From an uncultured Gemmatimonadales bacterium (GTDB lineage Bacteria; Gemmatimonadota; Gemmatimonadetes; Gemmatimonadales; GWC2-71-9): a stretch of 64,000 bases of DNA. Each line of letters starts with the position of its first letter. Positions within the stretch are counted from its first letter, which is position 1. The stretch lies in NCBI GenBank assembly GCA_963730185.1, contig CAVSQW010000006.1:128001-192000 (forward strand). The letters are read 5' to 3'. The position numbers and the translations under genes are program-made. The notes under the pieces were generated by a model that did not search any database, had not been told where the DNA came from, and saw nothing but the letters and a program-made list of their open reading frames with translations. Shown here one piece after another: positions 1 to 9,103 of this stretch.

Positions 1-477
1 ACGAACGACCGGGGGGCTTCGCGGCCGAGATTCGGCGCTCAGGTTCAGGCCGGTCTGGCCGAAGAGCCGGGTTGGCGCGGGTACGCCCTGCCCGGCCTGC
101 AGAACCGTTGGGGGGCGACGACGTCGAGCGTTGTGCTAGGCCTGTTCTGGTGCGTTTGGCACTTCCACCCAATGAACTTCCCCACTTTGTGGCCCATTGC
201 CCCCTGGTACTTCCTGAACATCATCCCGTTCACCATCCTGTTGACCTGGATCTACAACAACACCGGCAAAAGCCTGCTGATGGCGGCGCTGTTCCATACG
301 GTCAGCAACGTCTGCGACTGGATCATTCCCACGTCTCCGATCAGCGGCAGCCAAGGGACGGTGAGGTCGTTGATCCTGCAGGGTGTCCTGACCTGGGCGG
401 CGGCGTTGACCGTCATCGCCCTGTATGGCTCCAAGACCCTGATGAAGACGCCCAACCAGAGCGCGGAGCTGGGATGA
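1..477 (+). CDS. CPBP (CAAX protease/Abi) family intramembrane metalloprotease, 5' partial
   Basis: Frame open from base 1; EEPGWRGYALP at 61, FWCVWH and ALFHTVSN motifs; hydrophobic. Confidence 0.85.
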   Translation, partial: TNDRGASRPRFGAQVQAGLAEEPGWRGYALPGLQNRWGATTSSVVLGLFWCVWHFHPMNFPTLWPIAPWYFLNIIPFTILLTWIYNNTGKSLLMAALFHTVSNVCDWIIPTSPISGSQGTVRSLILQGVLTWAAALTVIALYGSKTLMKTPNQSAELG

Positions 478-553
478 ACGGCCATTCGCGCCGAAGTCGG
501 TCACCCCGCGCCGGCTCAGCTAACCGATCTTCCGAAAGGACTCGGGCGGCGGT

Positions 554-1174
554 TCACGGCTTCCAGTCGTATTCCATGTAGCGGGCAGTTTCGATGGCAT
601 GCGGCAGGCCAATGAGTCGGCCCACGAGGTACAAGGCTGCCTCGATGCCGGCCGAAATCCCCGCCGACGTGACGATCTTGCCGTTGTCGACCACCTTCTC
701 GCCCGCGGCCAGGGCGGCGCCTGGCGCGGCTTCGGCGAGTTCGAGAAACGCCCCGGAGTGGGTTGTGGCCCTTTGGCCGTCGAGCAGGCCCGCCTTGCCC
801 AGTAGGAGGGCGCCCGTGCAGACGGAGAACATGATCTCCCCCACGCCCGACATCCGCTGAATCCAGTCGAGAATGATGGGGTTGTGCATCTCCCGGCGGG
901 TCCCGAACCCCCCGGGAACGACCACGATGTCGGGCGCTGGGCAGTTCTCGATCGTGTAGCGCGGGTTGATGCTCAGCTCATTGCGGGCCAGGATCGGCCG
1001 GCCGGTCTCAGCCACGGTGTAGACGTTGAACGGATCGAGGCCATCCCGTCGGCCGGCCACCGAGAACACCTCGAACGGGCCAGCGAAGTCGAGAACTTCG
1101 ACGCCGTCGAACAGGAGGACTGCCACATTGCGAGGGCGCGGCCTCCGCTCCTCTGGACGGAGGGGCGCGGTCAT
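554..1174 (-). CDS. DJ-1/PfpI family protein
   Basis: VEVLDFAGPFEVF, VPGG, SVCTGA, ATTH, TSAGISAG motifs. Confidence 0.92.
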   Translation of the reverse strand: MTAPLRPEERRPRPRNVAVLLFDGVEVLDFAGPFEVFSVAGRRDGLDPFNVYTVAETGRPILARNELSINPRYTIENCPAPDIVVVPGGFGTRREMHNPIILDWIQRMSGVGEIMFSVCTGALLLGKAGLLDGQRATTHSGAFLELAEAAPGAALAAGEKVVDNGKIVTSAGISAGIEAALYLVGRLIGLPHAIETARYMEYDWKP

Positions 1175-1341
1175 CTCGGGGCCCGGGTCACCAGTAGCTT
1201 ACCATCGCACGCGGTCATGACCGTGGCTCGCCACGCGCCTGCCGCCAGGTTGATCCAGGGTTCCGCCGTCATGCCCAATCATACTAGCCTGCCGTGACGA
1301 TCGGCCAGAAGCGAACTCACCGGCACCCGCCAGGCAGAGCC

Positions 1342-1384
1342 GCACCGCACCGGGATCGAGCCAGGACTCTTCTGATCCAGAGTC
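1342..1384 (-). repeat. Degenerate copy of the 3' half of tRNA-Gln(CTG); att-type direct repeat
   Basis: gcaccgcaccgggatcgagccaggactcttctgatccagagtc matches 3477-3518 with a few mismatches; similarity ends just past the anticodon loop. Confidence 0.88.
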
Positions 1385-1585
1385 TAGCCTGTAACCCATT
1401 GGATTCCGGCAACTTGCCACCAACATACCGAGGTTCTGCCGTCCGCTGCCGAGGTTTGAACGCCAACATGGCAGCGGATAGTCGGGCACGCAACCTTCAA
1501 AGAGAGGCAGTGTCGGTCCCTCCGACGGCGCCCACCGACCGCCACCAGGGCACCACCCCGTCGACTCGCCGCTCGCCGGCGGCGC

Positions 1586-2884
1586 TCAGCGGTCGTTGCC
1601 GCGGAACCCCACTGTCAAGATCTCCTCGCTGGGCACCGCGGCTCGACCCCGCATGGCCGGTCTGAACCGCCAAGTGGCGACGACCGACTCGGCCGAGACC
1701 CGAAGCAGGGGCAGCCCGGTGAGGGCCCGCGCGCCGATCACCACTCCATCCTCGTTCAGCTCCGCCCGGAGCACCACGGTCATGCTGTCGCCCGGCTGGA
1801 GCACCCCGGTCGGTACGACGGCGGGAGCCCGCGACATCAGCACGGCCCGCGACTCCACGAATCCCATCGAGTCGTCCCCCGGCGAGCCGGCGTCGGCAAC
1901 GGCGGCCGGCGGCGTCGCGAGGCGGCGGAGCTCGGCCCCGCTCGGGCCGCCCGCCACCGTGTCTACCGCCACGATCACGACCGCGATGCCGGCCACCCGG
2001 GTCAGGCGGTGCTCCCGAATGCCGAGCGCAAACCGACCCCGATAGGACCAGAAGCCGAGGACCACGATCGGCACCACGGCGAGCACCGCACCCACCCCGC
2101 GGAAGCGAGCCGCCGCCGAGAGGGCTACCAGGCCCCCGGCCGCAGCCTCTGTCGTGCCGCCCGCCGCCCCCGCGAAGGCCCGGATCGCCTCGGAGCCCAT
2201 CAGCACCGTTCCCGACGCGACGAAAGAAAGTCCCAACGCCACCGGAACCGCCACGGTCCACGACGGCCGGCCGTCACCGGTGGCGGCCGCGAGACCCACC
2301 ACGACGATCATCCCGACCGTGGCGAGGCTCGCCACGATCCCGATCGTGCCCAACCCGGCCGAAAGCGCCGTGGCGACCGCGAAGCCGGCGAGCGGCAGCA
2401 CGCTCGCGCCCCCGATCACCGCGCGCCGAGGGTGCCGAGGGGTCTGGGTGGCGGCGTAGGCGTCGAGGGCCAGACTGAGACCGGTCGCCGCCAGCAGGGC
2501 CCAGCTCAGGAAGGCGCCCGTGAGCCGGCCCCCCTCCGCGTGATTCACCGCCGCCGGTCCGGCGCCCGTCCGGAGCAGCGCGACCATGATCCCGGCGCCC
2601 CACGGCACCACCGCCCAGGCGAGGAGCTTGAACGGCATCAGCTCGCCCCCATGGGTTCCACGCCACACCAGCACCGAGGCCTCCACCGCGGAGACCAGGC
2701 CGACCAACGCGAGCACCCAGGTGCCGCCGTCCCGCGGAAACACCGGCGTCCGGGACTCGGGGAGGTAGAGCACGATGATCGCCGCCGTGAGCACCGCGGT
2801 GATCGGCGCCAGGAACGCGACGATGCCGGCCGGCGTCTTCAGGTGATGGGGATCGGAAACGGGGACGGTCGCGGACATGAGCAC
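1586..2884 (-). CDS. Multi-pass membrane protein with C-terminal TonB-like domain
   Basis: Many hydrophobic segments; C-terminus VVLRAELNEDGVV...LLRVSAESVVATWRFRPAMRGRAAVP resembles TonB_C. Confidence 0.65.
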   Translation of the reverse strand: MLMSATVPVSDPHHLKTPAGIVAFLAPITAVLTAAIIVLYLPESRTPVFPRDGGTWVLALVGLVSAVEASVLVWRGTHGGELMPFKLLAWAVVPWGAGIMVALLRTGAGPAAVNHAEGGRLTGAFLSWALLAATGLSLALDAYAATQTPRHPRRAVIGGASVLPLAGFAVATALSAGLGTIGIVASLATVGMIVVVGLAAATGDGRPSWTVAVPVALGLSFVASGTVLMGSEAIRAFAGAAGGTTEAAAGGLVALSAAARFRGVGAVLAVVPIVVLGFWSYRGRFALGIREHRLTRVAGIAVVIVAVDTVAGGPSGAELRRLATPPAAVADAGSPGDDSMGFVESRAVLMSRAPAVVPTGVLQPGDSMTVVLRAELNEDGVVIGARALTGLPLLRVSAESVVATWRFRPAMRGRAAVPSEEILTVGFRGNDR

Positions 2885-3129
2885 ACCTCCCGGGACTGGC
2901 CGTTCGGGCCTGCCACGAAGGGGTGCCGGTTGGGAAGCGCGCGATCGAGGGAGGAGCTGAACGGCCGTTGGTTGGGGCCTTGCTTCAAGCTACGGCTTCC
3001 CGCCGGGTCCGCCAGAGGCTGCCGATGGCGGTCGCGAGGAGTGTGGCGGGGCGTGCTCGCCGCTCTCTCCATCCTCTGGGATGGTGGCGTTCCAACTCGT
3101 AAGCGCCGCCCCTTGCCGATGGACCGATT

Positions 3130-3291
3130 TCAGACGGCGGATCCGCCCCCCGGAACCCGTTTGCGGAGGAAGTTCGTCCGCTTCGAGGCCGGCAGCGCCA
3201 ACAACCGGCGGATCTGTTCGATCAGCGCGCGGTCGGTCTCCCGGCGGAGCGCGGTCTTCCGACTACTCCTCTTCGAGGGCTTCTTTTTCAT
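3130..3291 (-). CDS. Small basic hypothetical protein (53 aa, MKKKPSK...LIEQIRRLLALPASKRTNFLRKRVPGGGSAV)
   Basis: Hand-translated; start overlaps the end of the upstream nucleotidyltransferase fragment. Confidence 0.55.
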   Translation of the reverse strand: MKKKPSKRSSRKTALRRETDRALIEQIRRLLALPASKRTNFLRKRVPGGGSAV

Positions 3292-3424
3292 CGAGCGTCT
3301 TCCTCAGCAACGGGAGCACCGCGCGGTCCTGGGGTCGGTCGGCGGCCGCTTTGCTCCTGATGACGTCGGCGAGATTCGCCACCAACAGCGAGTGGCGGCC
3401 GAACCTCACCGCACCGGCCCGCGA
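3263..3424 (-). pseudogene. C-terminal fragment of a nucleotidyltransferase-like (DUF6036-type) gene
   Basis: Hand translation VRFGRHSLLVANLADVIRSKAAADRPQDRAVLPLLRKTLDEK resembles the 'L.D.I.SK.AA.RP.D' tail; no room for the N-terminus before the tRNA terminator. Confidence 0.55.
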
Positions 3425-3438
3425 ACAGTCCGGTGGGG

Positions 3439-3471
3439 AAACGAAGAGCGGCAGGCCGAAGCCTGCCGCTC
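3439..3471 (-). terminator. Rho-independent terminator after the tRNA operon
   Basis: Perfect 11-bp stem GAGCGGCAGGC/GCCTGCCGCTC, TTCG loop on the minus strand, followed by TTCGTTT. Confidence 0.8.
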
Positions 3472-3474
3472 GAA

Positions 3475-3547
3475 TTGCCCCGCCTGGGATCGAACCAGGA
3501 CTCTTCTGATCCAGAGTCAGACGTGTTGCCAGTTACACCACGGGGCA
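3475..3547 (-). tRNA. tRNA-Gln(CTG)
   Basis: Acceptor TGCCCCG/CGGGGCA, anticodon arm TCTGA-CTCTGGA-TCAGA, T-loop GGTTCGATCC; CCA not encoded. Confidence 0.96.
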
Positions 3548-3588
3548 TCGATTCTCCGGAACCCGCCGGACCCGGCGGGTCGCCGGAG

Positions 3589-3661
3589 TGGAGCTGAGGG
3601 GAATCGAACCCCTGACCTCTGCAGTGCGATTGCAGCGCTCTCCCAACTGAGCTACAGCCCC
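3589..3661 (-). tRNA. tRNA-Ala(CGC)
   Basis: GGGGCTGTAGCTCAGTTGGGAGAGCG, anticodon arm CTGCA-ATCGCAC-TGCAG, GGTTCGATTCC. Confidence 0.96.
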
Positions 3662-3673
3662 AAAGGCTCGGAA

Positions 3674-3702
3674 AAAGTAGTCACCACCCCCCACCCCGTC
3701 AA
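3674..3702 (-). promoter_or_regulatory. Sigma70-type promoter for tRNA-Ala/tRNA-Gln
   Basis: TTGACG-17 bp-TACTTT, 12 nt upstream of tRNA-Ala. Confidence 0.7.
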
Positions 3703-4107
3703 CCGATTCCCTCCCCGGCCATCGGAGTTAAGTCGTTGCGGTAAATAAGGCTAGGGAAATGGGGGTGGATCTCGGACAAAGAAACGGGCGATGAAGAGAC
3801 CGGCGACGGGGGGAGCTTAGTCCTATGCACCCGAAGCGCGGTCCATTCACCGCCCACTGTATGTCGAAGTGCCCCTCCTCAGAAGCAAGAGGCAGGCCCA
3901 CCGTCGTCACGAACCGGTGACCGCCTGGGCCGGCACCCGCAAGGGCCTCAACTGCAACGACTTGTGGAACGGCACCTCGGCCATCGCCGGACGCCGCCCG
4001 GCCCCGGCGGGCCTCACCTTGTCCCGAGTCCCCGCGCCACATTCTGCGGCGCCGCCCCTACATTCCGACCCCCATCCCAACCTCCCGCTATGTTTGGCCC
4101 CCAAGCC

Positions 4108-5511
4108 ATGATCGACGACCTCCGGATCCATGCCGCCCAGGAGCCCGGGCCCCTCGCCCAGCGCGAGCTCGTGCTCTACTGGATGCAGGGCGTCACCATG
4201 CGGAGCCGGGCCAACTTCGCCCTGAACTTCGCCGCCGAGCGCGCCAACGAGCTCGGGCTCCCCCTCGTCGTCTACCAGGGCCTCCGCCACGACTATCCCT
4301 GGGCCAGCGACCGGCTCCACACCTTCATCCTCGAATCGGTCGCCGACCTCCAACGCGGCTTCGAGGCCCGGGGCATCCAGTACGCCTTCTACCTCGAGAC
4401 CTCGGCCAAAACCCGGCGCCGCCGCGCGGGCGGCCCCTCGCCCCTGGTGGCCCTGGCCCGACGAGCCGCCCTGGTCGTCACCGACTTCTTCCCCACCTTC
4501 ATCCAACCCCGCCAGCTCAAGGCGCTCCGCGACCAGCTCGAGACCCCGGTCGTCGCGGTCGACTCCGCGACGCTGGTGCCGATGAAGGCGCACGACCGCG
4601 AGTATCCGGTGGCCCGCTCGATCCGCCCGGTCCTCATGGCGGCCCTGCCCCATCAGCTCTATCCGGTGAACGACGTCGACCCGCTGGTCCGGCGGACCGT
4701 GGAGCTGCCGTTCGATCCCGTCGACGTGCCGACCGGACCGGGTCAGGCCGGCGCCATCGCCGCCCTCGTCGCCGACTGCGACATCGACCACTCGGTGCCG
4801 CCGTCGCCGATCATCCGGGGCGGCGAGGAAGCGGCCCGGGCTCGGCTCCACCACTTCGTGGAGCACGGCCTCCCTCGCTACGCCGCCGACCGGGGCGACC
4901 CCAACGTCGACGCCACCAGTCGGCTCAGCCCCTACCTCCACTTCGGCAACCTGTCTGTCCAGGAGGTGCTGCTGAGCGCCCGCGAGGCCGGCTCGGACGA
5001 GAACTACGCCAAGTTCCTCGACGAAGCCCTGATCTGGCGGGAGATCTCCCACAACCTGGTCTACCGGAACCCGGGACACCGGACCCTCGGCGCCATCCCC
5101 GATTGGGCCCGGAAAGAGCTCGAAGACCACACCGACGACCCTCGCCCCGCCCTCTACGCCGACGCCGAGCTGGAGGAGGCGCGAACCGAGAGCGAGCTCT
5201 GGAACGCCTGCCAGCGATCGCTCCTTCGGGACGGCGAGCTCCACAACTACGTCCGCATGCTCTGGGGAAAGTCGGTTCTCCTCTGGACCCAGGGCCCGGC
5301 CGACGCCCTCCGGATCCTGGAGCACCTGAACCACAAGTACGCCCTCGATGGGCGCGACCCCTGCTCCTACGGCGGGATCCTCTGGTGCTTCGGCCGCTTC
5401 GACCGCCCCTTCTACCGCCGGCCGATCTTCGGGACGGTCCGCTACATGAGCCTCGGGACCCAGCCCCGGAAGTTCGACGTCCCGGCCTACGTCGCCCGAT
5501 ACCAGGCCTGA
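4108..5511 (+). CDS. phrB: Deoxyribodipyrimidine photolyase, class II CPD type
   Basis: VLYWMQ, SRLSPYLHFG, LHNYVRMLWGK, NHKYALDGRDP, RPIFGTVRYMS motifs. Confidence 0.92.
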   Translation: MIDDLRIHAAQEPGPLAQRELVLYWMQGVTMRSRANFALNFAAERANELGLPLVVYQGLRHDYPWASDRLHTFILESVADLQRGFEARGIQYAFYLETSAKTRRRRAGGPSPLVALARRAALVVTDFFPTFIQPRQLKALRDQLETPVVAVDSATLVPMKAHDREYPVARSIRPVLMAALPHQLYPVNDVDPLVRRTVELPFDPVDVPTGPGQAGAIAALVADCDIDHSVPPSPIIRGGEEAARARLHHFVEHGLPRYAADRGDPNVDATSRLSPYLHFGNLSVQEVLLSAREAGSDENYAKFLDEALIWREISHNLVYRNPGHRTLGAIPDWARKELEDHTDDPRPALYADAELEEARTESELWNACQRSLLRDGELHNYVRMLWGKSVLLWTQGPADALRILEHLNHKYALDGRDPCSYGGILWCFGRFDRPFYRRPIFGTVRYMSLGTQPRKFDVPAYVARYQA

Positions 5512-5617
5512 CGGGAGCCTTCGCGGGATTTCGGCCCCGACGTGCGGGAGATCGGTTGTCGGTCGTCTCCAGTGCGTACCCACCTTGGGCTCGACGCCCA
5601 AACCGGAGACAGGCCCC

Positions 5618-6112
5618 ATGGCATCCCTCGCCGCCCCGCATGGCTCGGTCGATCCGACCAGCCAGCTCGATCCTGCCGCTTGGATCGACGCCTCAGCCGT
5701 CTGGGCCATTACCCTCTGGACCGCCGATCGGGCCCCTCTCCTGGTCGGGCTCACGGGCCAGGGCCTCGGACTGAGCCGGCTGGGTCGCCTCGCCCGGCAG
5801 CACTGGGAAGGTCTCGACGACCGGTTCCCCTGCATCGCCCACCGCGACTTCGCCATCCTCCCGGACCGGATGCGGGCCCTGGTCCACATCCCCTGGAATC
5901 ACCGGGTCCGAGCCGTCGGCCGGATCGTGCGCTGGTTCAAGGCCAGCGTCGAGCGGGCCGCCCGGACACAGGACCTCGTCGAGGCGGCCCCGGTCTGGGA
6001 CGCCAAGTTCGAGGTCCAGCTGGTGTCGAGCGCGGAAGAGCTCTGGCTCTGGCGGCGGAGAATCAAGGCGGGAGTGGTGGGCGCGCTGGCCCCGATCCAT
6101 CGGGTCGGCTGA
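5618..6112 (+). CDS. RAYT/Y1 (HUH) transposase-like protein lacking catalytic residues
   Basis: AITLWTADRAPLL...LSRLGRLARQHW...RFP...DFAILPDRMRALV...IVRWFKAS...VWD follows the RAYT pattern, but the HUH site reads RMR and the catalytic Tyr is absent. Confidence 0.6.
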   Translation: MASLAAPHGSVDPTSQLDPAAWIDASAVWAITLWTADRAPLLVGLTGQGLGLSRLGRLARQHWEGLDDRFPCIAHRDFAILPDRMRALVHIPWNHRVRAVGRIVRWFKASVERAARTQDLVEAAPVWDAKFEVQLVSSAEELWLWRRRIKAGVVGALAPIHRVG

Positions 6113-6136
6113 CCTTCCCTCAGCCGTTGGCGGCGG

Positions 6137-7070
6137 TCAGTCGCTCGTCGCGACGACCCGATCCGGGAAGGGCACGTCGACCACCATCCCGTCCCGGGCG
6201 ATGGTCACCTCCGGAAACACCGACTTCGCCTCGGTCAGCAACTCGGGCGCCTCCCGGCTGTACCGGGCGCTGATGTGGGTCAGGACCAGCCGCCGGACCC
6301 CGGCGTCCCGCGCCAGCATCGCGGCCTCCAGCGCGGTCGAATGGCCGGTCTCTACCGCCCGCTCCCGCTCGTCGCTGGCAAAGGTGGCCTCGTGAATCAG
6401 GAGGTCGGCACCCACCGATGCCGTCCGGACCGCATCGGTGGGCCGGGTGTCGCCCGTGTAGACCAGCCGGCGGCCGGAGCGGGCCTCGCCGACGAGGCTC
6501 TCGGGCCCCACCGCGGCGCCGTCCGGGAGCGTCACCGTCTCGCCCCGGTGCAACCGCCCCCAGAGCGGTCCCTCCGGCACCCCCAACGCCCGGGCCCGCT
6601 CCGGGTCGAACCGGCCCAGCCGGTCGTGCTCGGACAGCGCGAACCCGATCGTGTCGGCCCGATGCGTGGTCTCGAAGACCTCGATCCGGTACTCCTTCCG
6701 CTCCAGCGCGTCGCCGGGCTCGAGCTCCACGATCTCGACCGGGAACTGGTCCGCTCGATCCCCACCGCCAGCGCCTGGCTCAGGATCCGCTGCGCCGGCC
6801 GGGTCCGTAGAGCGTCACCCCCGCCTTCCGATCCAGGAGGCCCATGGTCCGGAACAGCCCGATGACCCCCAGCAGGTGGTCCGAGTGATAGTGGGTAAAG
6901 AAGATCTCGGTGAACGAGAAGCCCACGCCGTAGCGCATCATCTGCCGTTGAGTGCCCTCGCCGCAGTCGAAGAGGATCGTCTCCCCCTCGCGCGCGACGG
7001 CCAGACCCGACACGTTGCGGTCGACGGTGGGGCAGGCGGCCCCGGTCCCGAGAAAAGTGGCGGAAAGCAT
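6137..7070 (-). CDS. rnz: Ribonuclease Z (frameshifted near 6745-6800)
   Basis: FLGTGA, FDCGEGTQRQ, THYHSDH, YTGDTRP, LIHEATF, GHST, LTHISARY; split over frames by two small indels. Confidence 0.9.
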
Positions 7071-7136
7071 GGGGGGTAACATAATCGGCGCCCGTCCCGG
7101 CCCCGGGCCCGAGCGTCCCGGTCGCCGCCCGCCGGG

Positions 7137-8195
7137 TCAGATCCAGCCCTTGCGCCGGAAGTAGAAGAGCAGCCCGCCGGCCACCGTGATCATGATCCCC
7201 CAGAGCAGGTAGTACCCGTAGCGCAGATGGAGCTCGGGGATGTGCTCGAAGTTCATCCCGTAGATCCCGGCGATGAACGTCAAGGGGATGAAGATCGCCG
7301 CGAACACCGTCAGCACCTTCATGATCTCGTTGAGCCGGGTCCCGACCGCGGTGCGGTAGGTGTTGAGCGCCTCGCTCAGCATCTCGCGATAGATGTCGAT
7401 CGCCTCGCCCGCCTGCACCGCCAGCCCGTGGAGGTCCCGAAGGAACGGCAGGGTCTGGTCGGCCACCACGTCGGAATCCAGCTTGGCCAGCTGGCCGATC
7501 GCTTCGCGGGCCGGACGGATCGACTTCCGGAGATAGTTCATCTCCCGCTTGTAGACGTTGATCCGCTCCAGCACGTCGTCTTCCTCGTCCAGCACCGCCT
7601 CGTCCACGTCCTCCACCCGCTCGCCCAGCCGCTCCACCACCGCGATGTAGTTATCCACCACCGTGTCGAGGAGGGCATAGGCCAGATAGTCGGCCCCGGC
7701 CGAGCGAATCCGGCCTTGCGCCTTCCGCATCCGCTCCCGAACCGGCTCGAAGACGTCGCCGATCCGCTCCTGGAAGGTCAGGAGCCACCCCGGCCCCAGG
7801 ATCAGACTCAGCTGCTCCGAGAGAATCGTGTCGGGATCGTCGTCGGCCGCCCGGAGCATCTTGACCACCACGAAGACGTAGTCGCCGAAGTCCACCAAGG
7901 TGGGCCGCTGGGTGGTGTTGACCACGTCCTCGAGCACCAGGGGGTGGATCCCGAAGCGGGCCCCGATGGCGCTGGTGAGGGAGGTGTCGTCGAGGCCGTA
8001 GAGGTTGAGCCAGGTAACCCGGCCTGGCTCGATGGCCAGCTGCTCGAGCCCCGCCAGCTCGATCTCCTCCATGGCGGCGACGTCGTACGAGATCAGCCGG
8101 AGCACCGGGCGGTCCATTCGGTGATCGCCGATGAAGACGAGTGATCCCGGCGAACGTCCGAGGCTGGCGGCTTTGCTCTTGAAGAACCGGGCCAT
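7137..8195 (-). CDS. corA: Magnesium/cobalt transporter CorA
   Basis: IHPLVLED, YGMNF signature, two C-terminal TM helices. Confidence 0.96.
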   Translation of the reverse strand: MARFFKSKAASLGRSPGSLVFIGDHRMDRPVLRLISYDVAAMEEIELAGLEQLAIEPGRVTWLNLYGLDDTSLTSAIGARFGIHPLVLEDVVNTTQRPTLVDFGDYVFVVVKMLRAADDDPDTILSEQLSLILGPGWLLTFQERIGDVFEPVRERMRKAQGRIRSAGADYLAYALLDTVVDNYIAVVERLGERVEDVDEAVLDEEDDVLERINVYKREMNYLRKSIRPAREAIGQLAKLDSDVVADQTLPFLRDLHGLAVQAGEAIDIYREMLSEALNTYRTAVGTRLNEIMKVLTVFAAIFIPLTFIAGIYGMNFEHIPELHLRYGYYLLWGIMITVAGGLLFYFRRKGWI

Positions 8196-8200
8196 CCGGC

Positions 8201-9097
8201 TCAGAACACCTTGACCTGAATGGTCAGTTTGCCCGGGTGCTTCCGGAGCTCGTCCATCAGCTCCTGAGCCGCCTTGGTGAGCCGGCGGACGTCGCCGTAG
8301 AGCAGCGAGTCGTTCATCAGCTTGCCGATCGTTCCCTGGCCCCCGTTGATCCGCTGGAGCAGGGTGTCGAGCCGGGCCGAGGTGGTGGTGAACGACGCGG
8401 TGGTGCCGTTGAGGGTGGTCAGGAGGGTGTCGCTCTTCCGAAGCGTGGTCTGGAGATCGGCCACGGCCAGGGTCGAGTCCAGGTGAGCGCTCAAGGTCCG
8501 GAGCGAAGCCATGGTCTGGTTGAGCTCGGCCGTGGGGCCGGTCCGGGTGTTCGCCAGCAGGTCGAGGGTCCGTTGCACCGCCTTGAGGGTGGCGCGGAGC
8601 TCGGCCGCCATGTCTTTGTTGGCGAACTCCTGAATCCCGCCCATCGTGTTCTTGGCCTCGGTGCCGAGTTCGGTGCCCAGGTCGGTCAGACCCTGGTCGA
8701 TGGTACCCTGGATGACCCGTTCTGCCGGGAGCGGCTCGGACGAGGTGCCCGGGTCGTAGTTGACCACGGCGTCACCCACGAGCCCGACGCTGGCGAGCCG
8801 AGCCGAGGCGTCGATCCGGGGCGTGACCCGGGGGTCCTTCGGATCGTTCAGGCTGAGGGTCACCTGCACCTTGCCCACGCCCTCGAGCTCGATCCCCGAC
8901 ACCTTGCCCAGCTCCACCCCGGAGACCCTGACCGGCGAGCCCCGCTTCAGCGTGCCGGCGTTCGGAAAGGCGACCTTGATGTCGCTGGCGGCCCCGAAGC
9001 TGGCTCCCTTGAGCCACATGGTCCCCGCCAGGAACAGCCCGATCCCCGCGAGCACCAGGACGCCCACCGTGACTTCCTGCTTGTAGTGCAGATCCAT
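8201..9097 (-). CDS. mlaD: MlaD/MCE family protein
   Basis: N-terminal TM, GSPVRVSGVELGKV, GQGTIGKLMND; downstream of mlaEF. Confidence 0.88.
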   Translation of the reverse strand: MDLHYKQEVTVGVLVLAGIGLFLAGTMWLKGASFGAASDIKVAFPNAGTLKRGSPVRVSGVELGKVSGIELEGVGKVQVTLSLNDPKDPRVTPRIDASARLASVGLVGDAVVNYDPGTSSEPLPAERVIQGTIDQGLTDLGTELGTEAKNTMGGIQEFANKDMAAELRATLKAVQRTLDLLANTRTGPTAELNQTMASLRTLSAHLDSTLAVADLQTTLRKSDTLLTTLNGTTASFTTTSARLDTLLQRINGGQGTIGKLMNDSLLYGDVRRLTKAAQELMDELRKHPGKLTIQVKVF

Positions 9098-9103
9098 GGT
9101 GGC

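Noticed and set aside
1342..1410. Second functional tRNA-Gln
   Set aside because: Similarity stops in the anticodon arm and the acceptor strand is mutated
3288..3548. 86-aa ORF, and the similar ORF at 1199-1489
   Set aside because: Both are translations of tRNA sequence; their shared DSGSEESW peptide reflects the DNA repeat
6745..6800. Programmed frameshifting in rnz
   Set aside because: Two separate indels and no slippery heptamer; error is more parsimonious
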